A stretch of DNA of 39,072 bases from Vezdaea acicularis. Its lineage: Eukaryota. The DNA lies in assembly GCA_026025075.1 (NCBI GenBank), contig JAPEUI010000139.1, positions 1-39,072 of the forward strand, written 5' to 3'. The notes beneath the pieces are model-generated. The model was not told the DNA's origin and ran no database searches. It worked only from the letters and a program-made list of their open reading frames with translations. Positions 12,361-22,439 of the stretch are shown piece after piece; the first letter of the stretch is position 1, and each line of letters begins with the position of its first letter. Made by a program: the position numbers and the translations under genes.

Positions 12361-12870
12361 ATTACTCTTACTATACCTGGTCCTTTCGCTCCGTGTGTCT
12401 CCTATGACAACCACTGGGTCCAGAGAACTTGAACCCGAAAATCTACGCTTAGGATGTTTCTGCTGACGCTCCCGGTACAATTCTTTAGTATGTTCGATCA
12501 TTGACTGACGAGCATCGCACATATACCCTTGGCACATGCTTGGTTTGCTGGGTAAATTCTTAGGAACAAATTGCTGGTTGGGAAGTTCCTTGCGTTCGAG
12601 AACTTAGCATTGGGAAGGCTTGGCGGCGTGGATATCTTTCAGGTGCAACATGGCGAGTTATGAGATACCCCTTGAGTACCCTCGGCTGCTTTACATTAGC
12701 ATAGCATTTCATTGCTAATCGTACAATAATACAATCCTTGCACATGCACTAAGGATGATTATCCCCGAACGTCGTGTAATGACTTTGTCTCGTAATCATA
12801 AACGGGGTGCACTGGAATGCAAAAGCCTGCATACATGATATATCCAAATATCTGAAGCCGCGCACACCTC

Positions 12871-15314
12871 TCACCGGCTCAGCAGGAACTCCCCGCTCAG
12901 CCCTTCAAAGGCCACGATCTCTCCACTTCCCACCATCTTCGCATCGCCCCAATACCGAACTCGGTACCACCCCTCCACCTCTCTCTCCTCTCTCTCCATC
13001 TCGGTCTCCCACGTGACATCCACCTCGCTCGTGCCCAACACCCCGCTCGTCCGGCGCCATCGATAGACCAGATTCCAGTCCCTGTCATCTCTCCACGGCG
13101 TCCATCCGCCATCTTCCCCCCTCTTCTCGACCCTCACGAAACTCCCCTCGAGCCTCAGATTGTTGCGCGGATTGGCCCCGACGAACGTCGCGCTTACCAC
13201 GTCTCCGACCGCATACGCCGCTTCCACATCCACCACCACATCCCCAAAGTCACGCAGGAACGGCGCCCGATCGAAGACGACGCCGCGGATAAAACTAAGG
13301 CTGTTATTGACGTTCACCGGCGGCTCCGGGCCCTTGCTGGGCGCGCCCCTCGCGTCCCGGTGCAGATGCGGCAGGTAGCTCAGCGTGAGGTTGATATAGG
13401 CGTTCAGCGTGTGCGGCCCGTATAGCGTACTCGCCCCTTCATAGCGCTGGATGGCGTATTCCTCCTCCGTAGCGATGTAGTGAGTGTACGAGTTTGCGGG
13501 GCCGCCGAGGACGACCAGCGCGTGCTCGTCGGCGCCGCCGCAGAGGGCCAGCTCGTCCGAGCGCGCTCTGATGGCCTCTCTCCAGCGCCGGCCCGCCATC
13601 GTGGTGGCCTCGCCGGGGCTGACAATGATCACGAGACGCCCGACGCGGAATAGCTGGATGTCGACGATATTCGGCGTCCAGGCGTAGGGCTTGGTCGCCT
13701 CGCCAACGTCGAGCAGGATCGGCTTCGGCCAGTGGCACGCGCGCTGGGCGTCGCTCGGTTCGTGGAGGAAGCCGCCGACGACGGCCCAGAGTGGGTTGGC
13801 GTTGGGCGTCTGGCTGTTGTTCTGTTTGAAGTCGAAGGCGCCAGGCCCGTCCGTCGTGCCGGCAGCGAAGGAGTAGCCGAGCGCGGCGGGGCAGGTGTGT
13901 ACGAGGGATCCGTTGGGGTGCGGGAACGTATAGTTGCTGAGGTCGCGGAAGACGTGCAGGGACTTGACGGTAGGGCCGTGGATAGGGTTTGGCGCGTCGG
14001 CGAGGGAGTACTGTTGGGTATGTATGTGTGAATAAGTGGTTCTTGGGGAAATCAGGGGGAAAAAGGGGGGCTAATGAAAGAGAAGACGAACGTAAATATC
14101 CTTCGCACCCTCGAACTGGCGCCGCCCAATCTCAAAGCAGCTCTTCGCACCCTCGTCCTTTTCACGGAAAAAGGGGCCGCGGCCGTGACAGGGCTCGTTC
14201 CGGCCGCCACACGTGCTGTCTTCGAAGGCACATTCGGTGCCGCTGCCGTCTTCGCAGTAGGCGCCCAGGGTATTGGGGGAGGTATCGCCAACATTGGACT
14301 GAGAGAAGCCGGCAACGAAACCCGGTGCTGCATTAGGGTTATTGTGTACCATGTGCTGCTCGAAGAGGTGGGCTGCAACGCCTTTGTTGTCACCGCTGAT
14401 GAGCGTGTTGTTGCCCAGCATCGAGGTGCCGTGCACGGCGAACCAGGTCAGGACGCCAATTTCTTTCTTGTCAGCGGCGCGGGTGAACTTCAAGAGAGTC
14501 ATAGCCTTGTCGACATCGTCGTCGTAGCGGTCGCGCTCTTCTCGCGGGTTAGCTAGGTAGGCGTAGGGACTGCGGTTTATATTTGCATCGTAGAGGTGTT
14601 TAGTCCCAATGCTGAGAAAGCCAGGGGCCAGACTCTCATGCGCGCGTTGTATAGAGAGGAGTGCGCCATCCACGATGGCTTGGTAGCTCTGCTTGCTAAA
14701 CCCTTTGCTCGTGATCTGCGGCAGTAGGTAGTTCAACCATGCACCGGGCCCAGAGTGTGAATGCGTTCCTGTTACCGCAACGTTCTGCTGGCCGTAGACC
14801 TCGTACTCTGGCCCCAACGCGGCGAGTCCGTCCAAGATGCCGCTGCGGATGGCGGTATCTCCGGATTGTGTGTCAAGCACCAGGTACACGAACCGATCTT
14901 CCGGTTTGGAGGCGTCTCCGACCACGAAGGCGCGGGAAAAGAGGCGCTGGCGTAGACCAGTCCCAACCTGATCTGGGTCCGCATATCCCATCAGGTTGAT
15001 CTCAACGACTGGACTGATGGCGCATCGCAGTCAGCGGCGGACGATATTTACCGGCAACGGCGCACATACCCAGTAATGTCTGCCTTCCCGACGCCAAGCA
15101 GATACTGATCTCCATCCGCAGCACTTCCGCTCCCATCACCATTCCCCTCAGTATCAAGAACTGCCTGCCCATGCCGCTCAAAGCTCCCGATCTGCCATAC
15201 CCTCCAGTTCCAGAAGTCTGTCTGCGGGGCGCCGAAAGTGGCAAGCAGCTGTGTTATGACGAGGAGCGCGAATGAAGCTGAGAGCAGCGCAACGAGGATA
15301 CTCACGCGCGCCAT
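12871..15314 (-). CDS. Neutral/alkaline non-lysosomal ceramidase, 3 exons (15314-15070, 15013-14092, 14010-12871)
   Basis: N-terminal signal anchor; YLLGVGKADITG|PVVEINLMGYA; GLRQRLFSRAF; HSHSGPG Zn motif; WFAVHGTS; GDNKG; NVGDTSPN; CPAALGYSFAAGTTDGPG; PGEATTMAGRRW; YEGASTLYGPHTL; FVGANPRNN. Introns 15069-15014 and 14091-14011 are GT-AG. Confidence 0.96.
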
Positions 15315-15751
15315 GTTTGGAGCAAGATCTCGAGATTCAGCGTAGCCATTGGGAGCTTGGTAGCCATATGGAGGTGGATGTTATGGCGGCGGTTTTTGCG
15401 CAGCTGTCTGTGGACTCGCTTCCAGTGCGTCCTGCGTCATCGTGCCTTAGCAGCGCATGTGAAGAAAAACGTTATTCCGGTGCAGCGTTTAACCGTCTCT
15501 AAAGACAACAAAAGCATAAGTTACGACTGATTACTTTGATAAGAGTACGCATTCTTCCCAAAATTCTCAGCATGTTGCTCTCCAAATAATCTTAAGATAG
15601 AGGCAAAATTCAGAGGGTTCTCCAAGTCCTTAGCTGCAAAACCCCAGATGGCTTGGACTTATGTAGGTGGAGCTGGACGCACGCGACAGTCACAGAGTCT
15701 CCAATTGGCACAACATGTTTAGATAGTTGCGAATGCTACATAATTTCAATC

Positions 15752-16036
15752 TCATCTATCCCCCCGTCTAAAAGCCACTAAGTCCTCCTCAGCCACCGGC
15801 CCCCACCTCTCGACTGCAGCGAGCACTGCAGCCCTCAGCATATCCATCGTGACCGTCCGTATCCCCAAGCCAGAATAGCGCAAGCTGAGGCCATCTTCCC
15901 AATCGCCCTCCACAAACGTGACGTTGAATGTGTGGGCGATCTCGGACCAGTTGGGGGTCTGGCGTACCATGTCGCTGAGGAAGAAGTACTCGGGAAGGTC
16001 GAGGACGAGGGGAGTGGTGCTTGTGAGTGCGATCAT
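15752..16036 (-). CDS. Small (94 aa) hypothetical protein with a Myb/SANT-like helix-turn-helix signature; paralogue of 16654..16914
   Basis: ATG-started intronless ORF. Motif PNWSEIAHTFNVTFVEGD...VTMDMLRAA aligns with the neighbouring ORF. Confidence 0.65.
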   Translation of the reverse strand: MIALTSTTPLVLDLPEYFFLSDMVRQTPNWSEIAHTFNVTFVEGDWEDGLSLRYSGLGIRTVTMDMLRAAVLAAVERWGPVAEEDLVAFRRGDR

Positions 16037-16653
16037 GCTGGGAGATACGGGAAGATGTGGACTGCGCTGTTCAGGACGGCAGACAACGTGGATGTTTCCT
16101 TAGTTGTCGAGGTGTAAGTTTTGGAGGAGGAGGTGACGGGCAATGCAAGCAATACGACGAGAAAGGGGCATAAATATCGCCAAATCTGAGCAAGTGAACG
16201 TCGCCTTTCCCAGTCATAGTAATTCACCTATTGTTTCACATGTGATTGTATAGTGTTCTAACAAGCAGTCGCCTTCGTTGAGGCTTAAAGAGGCACACGA
16301 ATGTGGTGGCCAATACACCGCTTTCCCTACGGCACCTGCCCACTAAGAGAGATGAGAATCTCAATTGGAAGTTATTGCCTTAAATAGACGCCTAGGATCG
16401 CATTCATTGGAAGGGGCTCAGTGAAGCGGTGTACTAGCGCGCTATAAGGTAACAAGGCCGACTAGACCTTCCTTCCCTGCCCAAACATCTCTTTCATATC
16501 TAAGGGGAGTTAGCAAAGAATCTTGTAACGTAACTCAGACTAGTCCTTACTATAAGTCCAAGTTAGAGCGGTCGTTCTTCGCTTGCGCATAATCAAACGG
16601 TCCTTCGCTGCTCTCTTCGACATTCACCCTCTGAATCAGAAGGAACATATACG

Positions 16654-16914
16654 ATGTACTACAAACTTACCAAGCATCAGTACGGATTCGTCAGCGGAAC
16701 GCTCTCCGGGTGGGTGGATGATGAAGCTCCTGACTGGGACGAGATCGCGACCATGTTCAACGAGATTTTTGGTGATGGAGACAATATGTATCCAGGTGTG
16801 GTGATGACAGGCGATCTGCTCCGAGAGGCTTGGATGAACAAGATCGTCGAAGCCCGGGTTTCTAGTATGAATGCCACGATTGAGGGGTTATATGATGCGA
16901 TATGGGAATCGTAG
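16654..16914 (+). CDS. Small (86 aa) hypothetical protein with a Myb/SANT-like helix-turn-helix signature; paralogue of 15752..16036
   Basis: ATG-started intronless ORF: LTKHQYGFVS...PDWDEIATMFNEIFGDGD...MTGDLLREAW. TATA-like TATAAG at ~16551. Confidence 0.7.
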   Translation: MYYKLTKHQYGFVSGTLSGWVDDEAPDWDEIATMFNEIFGDGDNMYPGVVMTGDLLREAWMNKIVEARVSSMNATIEGLYDAIWES

Positions 16915-17054
16915 GACTGGAGGTTCTGGTCAGAGAGCGAATCTAGTGGGTGGGGTTTTTGCTATCCACCATCTCGAGGATCGAGCTGGTGACGGGTAAA
17001 GACGTGCATATTGCCTTCTCCCCCAGAGTGAGCTGAACAACATGGTTAATAAAA

Positions 17055-17108
17055 GCAGTGAGCGGGGACCTGCACTAAGGAGGCTATACAAAAGGGGTCG
17101 CTCACTGC
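17055..17108. repeat. Perfect 10-bp inverted repeat (GCAGTGAGCG / CGCTCACTGC), potential hairpin
   Basis: Arms at 17055-17064 and 17099-17108, with additional inner GACC/GGTC complementarity. Directly follows AATAAA at 17048. Confidence 0.6.
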
Positions 17109-17973
17109 CTATGACCTCTGCATAGATCTAATGGTATCCATGAATCCAACCAAATGATTGACTACATCCGCCTAGTAATAACGCTCTTGTAGATGTATGA
17201 AGGCTATTGTGATTTCGACCGTAGCTGGTCATGTTGGACTTGGACCACCCAGCCCCAAGTAACTTGACGCAAGATGATCAAATTAATCGGGAGAAATTGG
17301 TAGGAATAGAATGCCATCATGTCGCAGAGTGTGCATGACTGCATGAAGCAAGGACGAAAGACGAGGAGATAGGCCTAAAGAAAGAATGAAGACGGGGATT
17401 GAATGCGAAAAGAAGCAGCTCAACAAAGGCTTCAAGAGGACATCCACGGCCGTACCAAGCAAGAGATCGCGCAGGTACTACTCGGAGGGGGGTCCCCGGG
17501 TATCCGAAAGTCCTTGGAAGTTCAAAGGCGAACCGTAAGGCAAATGTCTGCGTGGTTCGCCTCGGCGAGGCCACCTCATGGTACCGGTCCAGAGCGAGGG
17601 GGTTTCCTGTCGCCGTGGGTCGGTTGGATGTCCTTCCACGGCGTCATGACGGTTGGATGCAAGAGTAAGCCTGCCACGGTCGGTCGATCAGAGTAGTGCA
17701 GCCGCCGGTAGGAATCAACGACGCTGCCGAGCTCCTTTGCCAGACCTCCTGAGCCAAGGCAATGCCATGACCTGTGACCTTTTTGCCTGATGAAGCGACG
17801 GACAGTGGGCGCGCGGTGGGTGCGCCGGTGGCAATTGAATCTCCAATCGCATCGGGGCCAACCCGACAGAATGGATCAATGTCAGCCACGGCAAAGAAAG
17901 ATTGTTGAGGTGTAAACCGGCGGCACCAAAAATGTCAGTAGCTGCAGACGCCATTGATGCCGGCAGCGGATGT

Positions 17974-17987
17974 GAGAGAGAGAGAGA
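17974..17987 (+). repeat. (GA)7 microsatellite
   Basis: gagagagagagaga read directly from the sequence. Confidence 0.8.
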
Positions 17988-19353
17988 GGCGGAATGATAG
18001 GACGCTTTCGATCAAGCCATATTATAGACCCGGCGGCTTGGATACCCCGGCCGCGGTGCCAGAGTCTTAGCGCAAGGCCATCGCAGGAGGATGGTTGAAG
18101 AGGCCAGCGAGTAATCAGTCCCCACCAGCTTGGCCAGATCGATCGGAAAGGCAAGACGCAATCAACCAGTTCAGCAGCCCGAGCGCCATCCTCTGATGCT
18201 GGAATATGCGGTGTGTCAGGGAGCGCGTGTTGTGATCGCGGGCGTCCTCCGGTAAGAAACCAATGAGCGGACGCTCTCGTCCTGTTCGCCAGTCTCTCTT
18301 CCCTGACAATCCAAGCTGGCCAAACGCCGTGGGCGGCGACAACAGAGCGAGTACGTGACGCAGAAGGACGAGAGCTGAGGCTCGGCAGACGATGGGGAAA
18401 GACGCCCAGATGCACATGGCTGATCGGAAGGAATCCGGGTTTCCTCGCGATCCTGGAGAGTCGTTCTCGTTCGGCAAGGCGAGGAGCAACATCTTGACCG
18501 CTGCGAGGACCGTGCGGGGACGTGTTTCATAGTGTCCAACGATGGCCAACGTGGCTTTAACAGAGGATCGGCTTGTCGTTGATGGAAGATATGGGCCCCC
18601 TGCGTCTCCAGGATCGCGTCAATTACGGACGACGGGTGCGTCGCATGCGGCCGGATGCGCGGAGAGGCCGTTCCGCCCAATGGCCTGAGAAACCAGCAGA
18701 GCGGTAGCGAGCGCGGGTGGACGGTCATTGACAGGATCGCGCTGCACTCTTACCGTTCCGCTGGGAAACGAGACCAGCTGGGGAGATAAGCCGGCGTGGG
18801 TCCGCGTTCGAGAGTGGGGCGCGTAGGGCGGGGCGGGGCGGACGGGAGCACCTGTCGGCCAAGGCATCACCATGTTCGCCTGTGGTGCGCCAAGAGTGTT
18901 CGGAAAAGGGAACACCATCTTTTTCTCGAGGAAGGGTTTGACTTCTCGCGGATGCCTGGACGCCTCAGCGCGAAAATGGACTTCGCCACTTTGTGTACTT
19001 CCACGCTCCCCCAACTCATCCTGGGACTTTCGGGTCACTAGCCGCAATCCGTTCTCGTCACTCTACGGATCACAGCCCTTAGACCGGTGCCTGAGGTGCG
19101 AAGGCATTGCAGCACACACACTATGTAATTTTGAGTTATGACAGCATTGGTCCAAAATGTTGAGCGAGCAGATACCTGAGGTTGGAGCATCGGCGTAGCG
19201 GTACGGAAGGGGAGGGCGTGAATTGGCGAATGCTCGCAGACCCCTTACCCCCGAACCCTGAAGCCCTACTTATTTAAGTCCAAGCCTCCCTCGCTCGACG
19301 GGACTACCGAACAAGAACGGCATCGACGACTATTTGACTTGTCCTTGGATTGA

Positions 19354-19479
19354 ATGGAAAAATATATCCATCTCCGTGAACAATTCGGCACCACACCGAC
19401 GAAGCACGCGATATCCAACCCTCGCCGCCACTTCACCAGTCAGCCCTCCGGAATACAACAATTCCCAGACGTAGCATAA
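19354..19479 (+). other. Candidate upstream ORF (41 aa, MEKYIHLREQFGTTPTKHAISNPRRHFTSQPSGIQQFPDVA) at the head of a long ATG-free leader
   Basis: Only plus-strand ATG between the TATA-like TATTTAA (~19271) and the main ATG at 20566. Confidence 0.35.
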
Positions 19480-20565
19480 CGAGGGCAACGACCTTTGCCC
19501 AAACCACCCCTTGAAGTTCCCTCCTCTTGTTGTTCATCGGACCCTAAATTCCGCCCTTTACCCTCATCGTCTTCCCCTAACGAAAGCGATTGGGGTTACA
19601 GCTATTTCTGGCGTCCACTCCCCAAATCACACCATCATCCATATTTGTGTTTCCTACCTTTCGCACGTCCGACAGGAAGTCGTTCTCGACCCACTATCGC
19701 CGCCTGCTGAACGTCGTCTTAACGGAGGCCTTTGTCGCTCGTCAACCGGTTTGCTCGCTTGGATTTCATCGAATAGCCAAGTTACGCGTACGTAGCGAGC
19801 GGTGAAGGATCATCCGCCGACACCTATCGGACAGCATCGCCGTACTCGACGGAAATCTATCTGCAGTAGTTAACGCTGTCAGCTGTCCGTTCATCTGTGA
19901 ATATCCCTGTGTCTGGTACTTTAGTCCGGATCCCGCACGTTACCACAGCCATCCAAGTTGACCTCAAAGAGACTCCACGGACGGAACAAATACATCACTC
20001 ATCTAGGACGCCGTATCTTGGTATCCTTTCGTGTCGGAAGTACCAGGTGCGCGATCATTTGAAGTCGATCGCTTTGCGTCGGCATTGCCAGTATCCAGTC
20101 GTTGTCACGGAAGCGATAGTCCTTTCCAGCCCCATACATCGACAGATCCTTCAGGTCGCCGCATACTCTCGTCCTAGCCTCTGTGGTTCCACAGTGAACG
20201 TAGTGCAAACACGGGCCTTCTTCTCTCCTTCAGCACTTCTGCGTGCGATTTGGACGACCGTTCTAGTTCACACTTGAGCTACCGTTGTTCAGAGCAACGT
20301 CAGCTCCTCTAGCATTAGCTCTTTGTTTAACCGTTAGTCGAGCGCGATACGAAGGTTGAGACGTCTCAGCACACAGCGTCGTACCCTTCTCCTAGGTCGG
20401 CTCAATATCAACGATTTGAACCGGTCGGGTATCGTACGATCACGGCCTCTCTCCAGTTTCTCTTGCAAGAACGACGGTTCTTTCAAGTAAACCTCGATTC
20501 AGTCCTCGGTCTCTCGCAGCTCGATAGCTAGGACGACTCCTCCCTACTCCGAGCGGTATTTCCAG

Positions 20566-21195
20566 ATGTTACCCCAGCAGCATCCCCAGCAGTATATCCA
20601 AAGGGGCCAGAGAGCTGGCGGAACGCAGCCGGAACGTCTCACTGCAGAGAACCTCCGGCAATATAGGTACACGGCCCAGCCTGTAAGTTGCTGTTCGGTC
20701 AGATCTGGGTGAATTGGTGCGCGGAAGCCATGGCTAACATTGGTTCAGACGGTCGATCCCAGAGTGTGCAACGCTCAACACAATGCACACATTGAGCAAA
20801 TCCAAGACTTTAACCAAGCCTGGGCCTCGTGTGAGGGGGTCACGCTAGGATCTCGAGGATACGCCGTGCCTCAAGAGGCGGGATCTCAAGCTGCTGCGTC
20901 TCTCGAAGGGCTTAACCTCTACCTCGATTCGAGGCGTCCCAAACAGGGAGGACACCCGTTCCAAAGGTGGGCGGCCCCCGGCGGAGATGAACCGGTTCGA
21001 GTGTACCGGAATGTGTCCATGGCCGACATGGGAGCCTCTCAAGGCTCCCTTGACCCGCAGAGGATCGACGAAAGAGTCGTATACGGCTCCAGAGCCGATG
21101 AAATGTGGCAGAGGAACAAATCCAATTACCCATCGTCGCTGCGGCTCAGCGACTCTGAAGACTCTGAGAGCAGCATGCCCGGGCCATATCGGTAG
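20566..21195 (+). CDS. Hypothetical protein, 187 aa, Gln/Pro-rich N-terminus, likely disordered; 2 exons (20566-20682, 20749-21195)
   Basis: MLPQQHPQQYIQRG...YTAQP | canonical intron GTAAGT(20683)...GCTAAC...CAG(20748) | TVDPRVCNAQHNAHIEQIQDFNQAW...MPGPYR*. Phase-0 junction. No recognisable domain. Confidence 0.7.
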
Positions 21196-22439
21196 AAATA
21201 AAGAAGAAAGGGAGGAGAGGAAGCAACGCTCGAAGGTACAAAGACAGGCGGGGTGCCTGCGGGGTATTAAAGAGACAGAGCCTCGTGTGGAAGGCTCGCA
21301 TTGAGAAAGAAGCGCGTTGACGACTTGCGGCGCTAAAGGAAACAAGATGATTGGCGTTTAGAAGGAAAATCTTTATTGGATGAACGAGAAGGGAAAGAGA
21401 TCAGGCATGCACCGCGATGCATGCAACTCGAACGGGAAAGGGCGGGATGGAGTCTAGAGTGCAGTTTCCTGTTCCGACGCGGATTGACAGCGCCACAAGC
21501 GCCGCTGCGGATCAGCAAAGGCGCTGGTGATGGGGACTCCTGTCGCACGCAATCACGACTATGTCATTTCTTATGTCGACCGTCTGTATCCTCTTGAATG
21601 GCGATGGGGTGAAGGATACGGAGGCTTTTCCTGTCATTCGTTTCGAAGGTCGCGTTTCTCTTATTGTTGCCCATTCTTTGCCGCGTTCCTTCGTTTGTTG
21701 TCGTGTTCGAAGGTGGCAGCCTCGTCGCAAACCTCGCGAAAAGCCTGAGAGGTCGAGTCCGCCACCCGCCGCATCTTCTATTCGTTGGCTTCTTGGTTTC
21801 TTGGTTTGGGGATCTTTGCGGAGGTAATGGTGGAAGTACTGAGGCAACAAAAACCGTCGTATTTCATCCCACTGCCGCTGATTGAAGTTGAAAGTTGAGA
21901 GTTTCTGTGCGGTAGGAATAAGGCAGAGTAAGGGGCGTTCTCGTGGGCTGAGTCGGGTCCCACCGAGGCTGTGCAAAGCCGCAATGCCGAGCTCTCGCCA
22001 TCCCCAGCATGTTGTGAGCCCCCTTAACCCGAGCAGTTCTTGCTTGAGACCCTAGATCGCCCCCACACCACATGGTGCAACATGGCGAGACCCGTGATCT
22101 GTGGCTCAAGATCAATACCTTCCAAGGTCGTCCGTATTGGTCCTATTCGTACGTTTGGAAGTCTGCCTACGTGTAGTGGGGCCATTGATCCAATTAGCGT
22201 TTCGCCATCCCGGAGCTATGCTTACTTGTCCGTATTGAGCTGCCATGGATATCGCCATTCGCCGCCAGGTTCGGGCAATGAACTCACGAGGGCGATTGAA
22301 GTTCAGACTAGAGGCTATTGTAGAATAATGGGAGATCTATAAAGTTGTGATCCCAGATCTGCTTTCACGGTTGACGTGGCTCATGAGACGTGTCACTGGT
22401 GACACGGTACGTTGCATTCTTAGCCATTGACGAACGTGA

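Noticed and set aside
13160..14999. Many overlapping antisense and alternate-frame ORFs in the ceramidase gene
   Set aside because: Artefacts of high GC3 codon bias; the ceramidase frame explains the region.
16033..16227. ORF MNYYDWERRR... abutting the 94-aa gene
   Set aside because: GTG start and no motifs; likely 5' UTR or promoter of the 15752..16036 gene.
17317..19141. Numerous 80-177 aa ORFs on both strands
   Set aside because: Arg/Pro/Ser-rich GC-driven ORFs, mutually overlapping, with no consistent splice model or domain.
21200..22400. Short ORFs downstream of the orphan gene
   Set aside because: Purine-rich and pyrimidine-rich tracts typical of 3' UTR or promoter; no protein-like signal.
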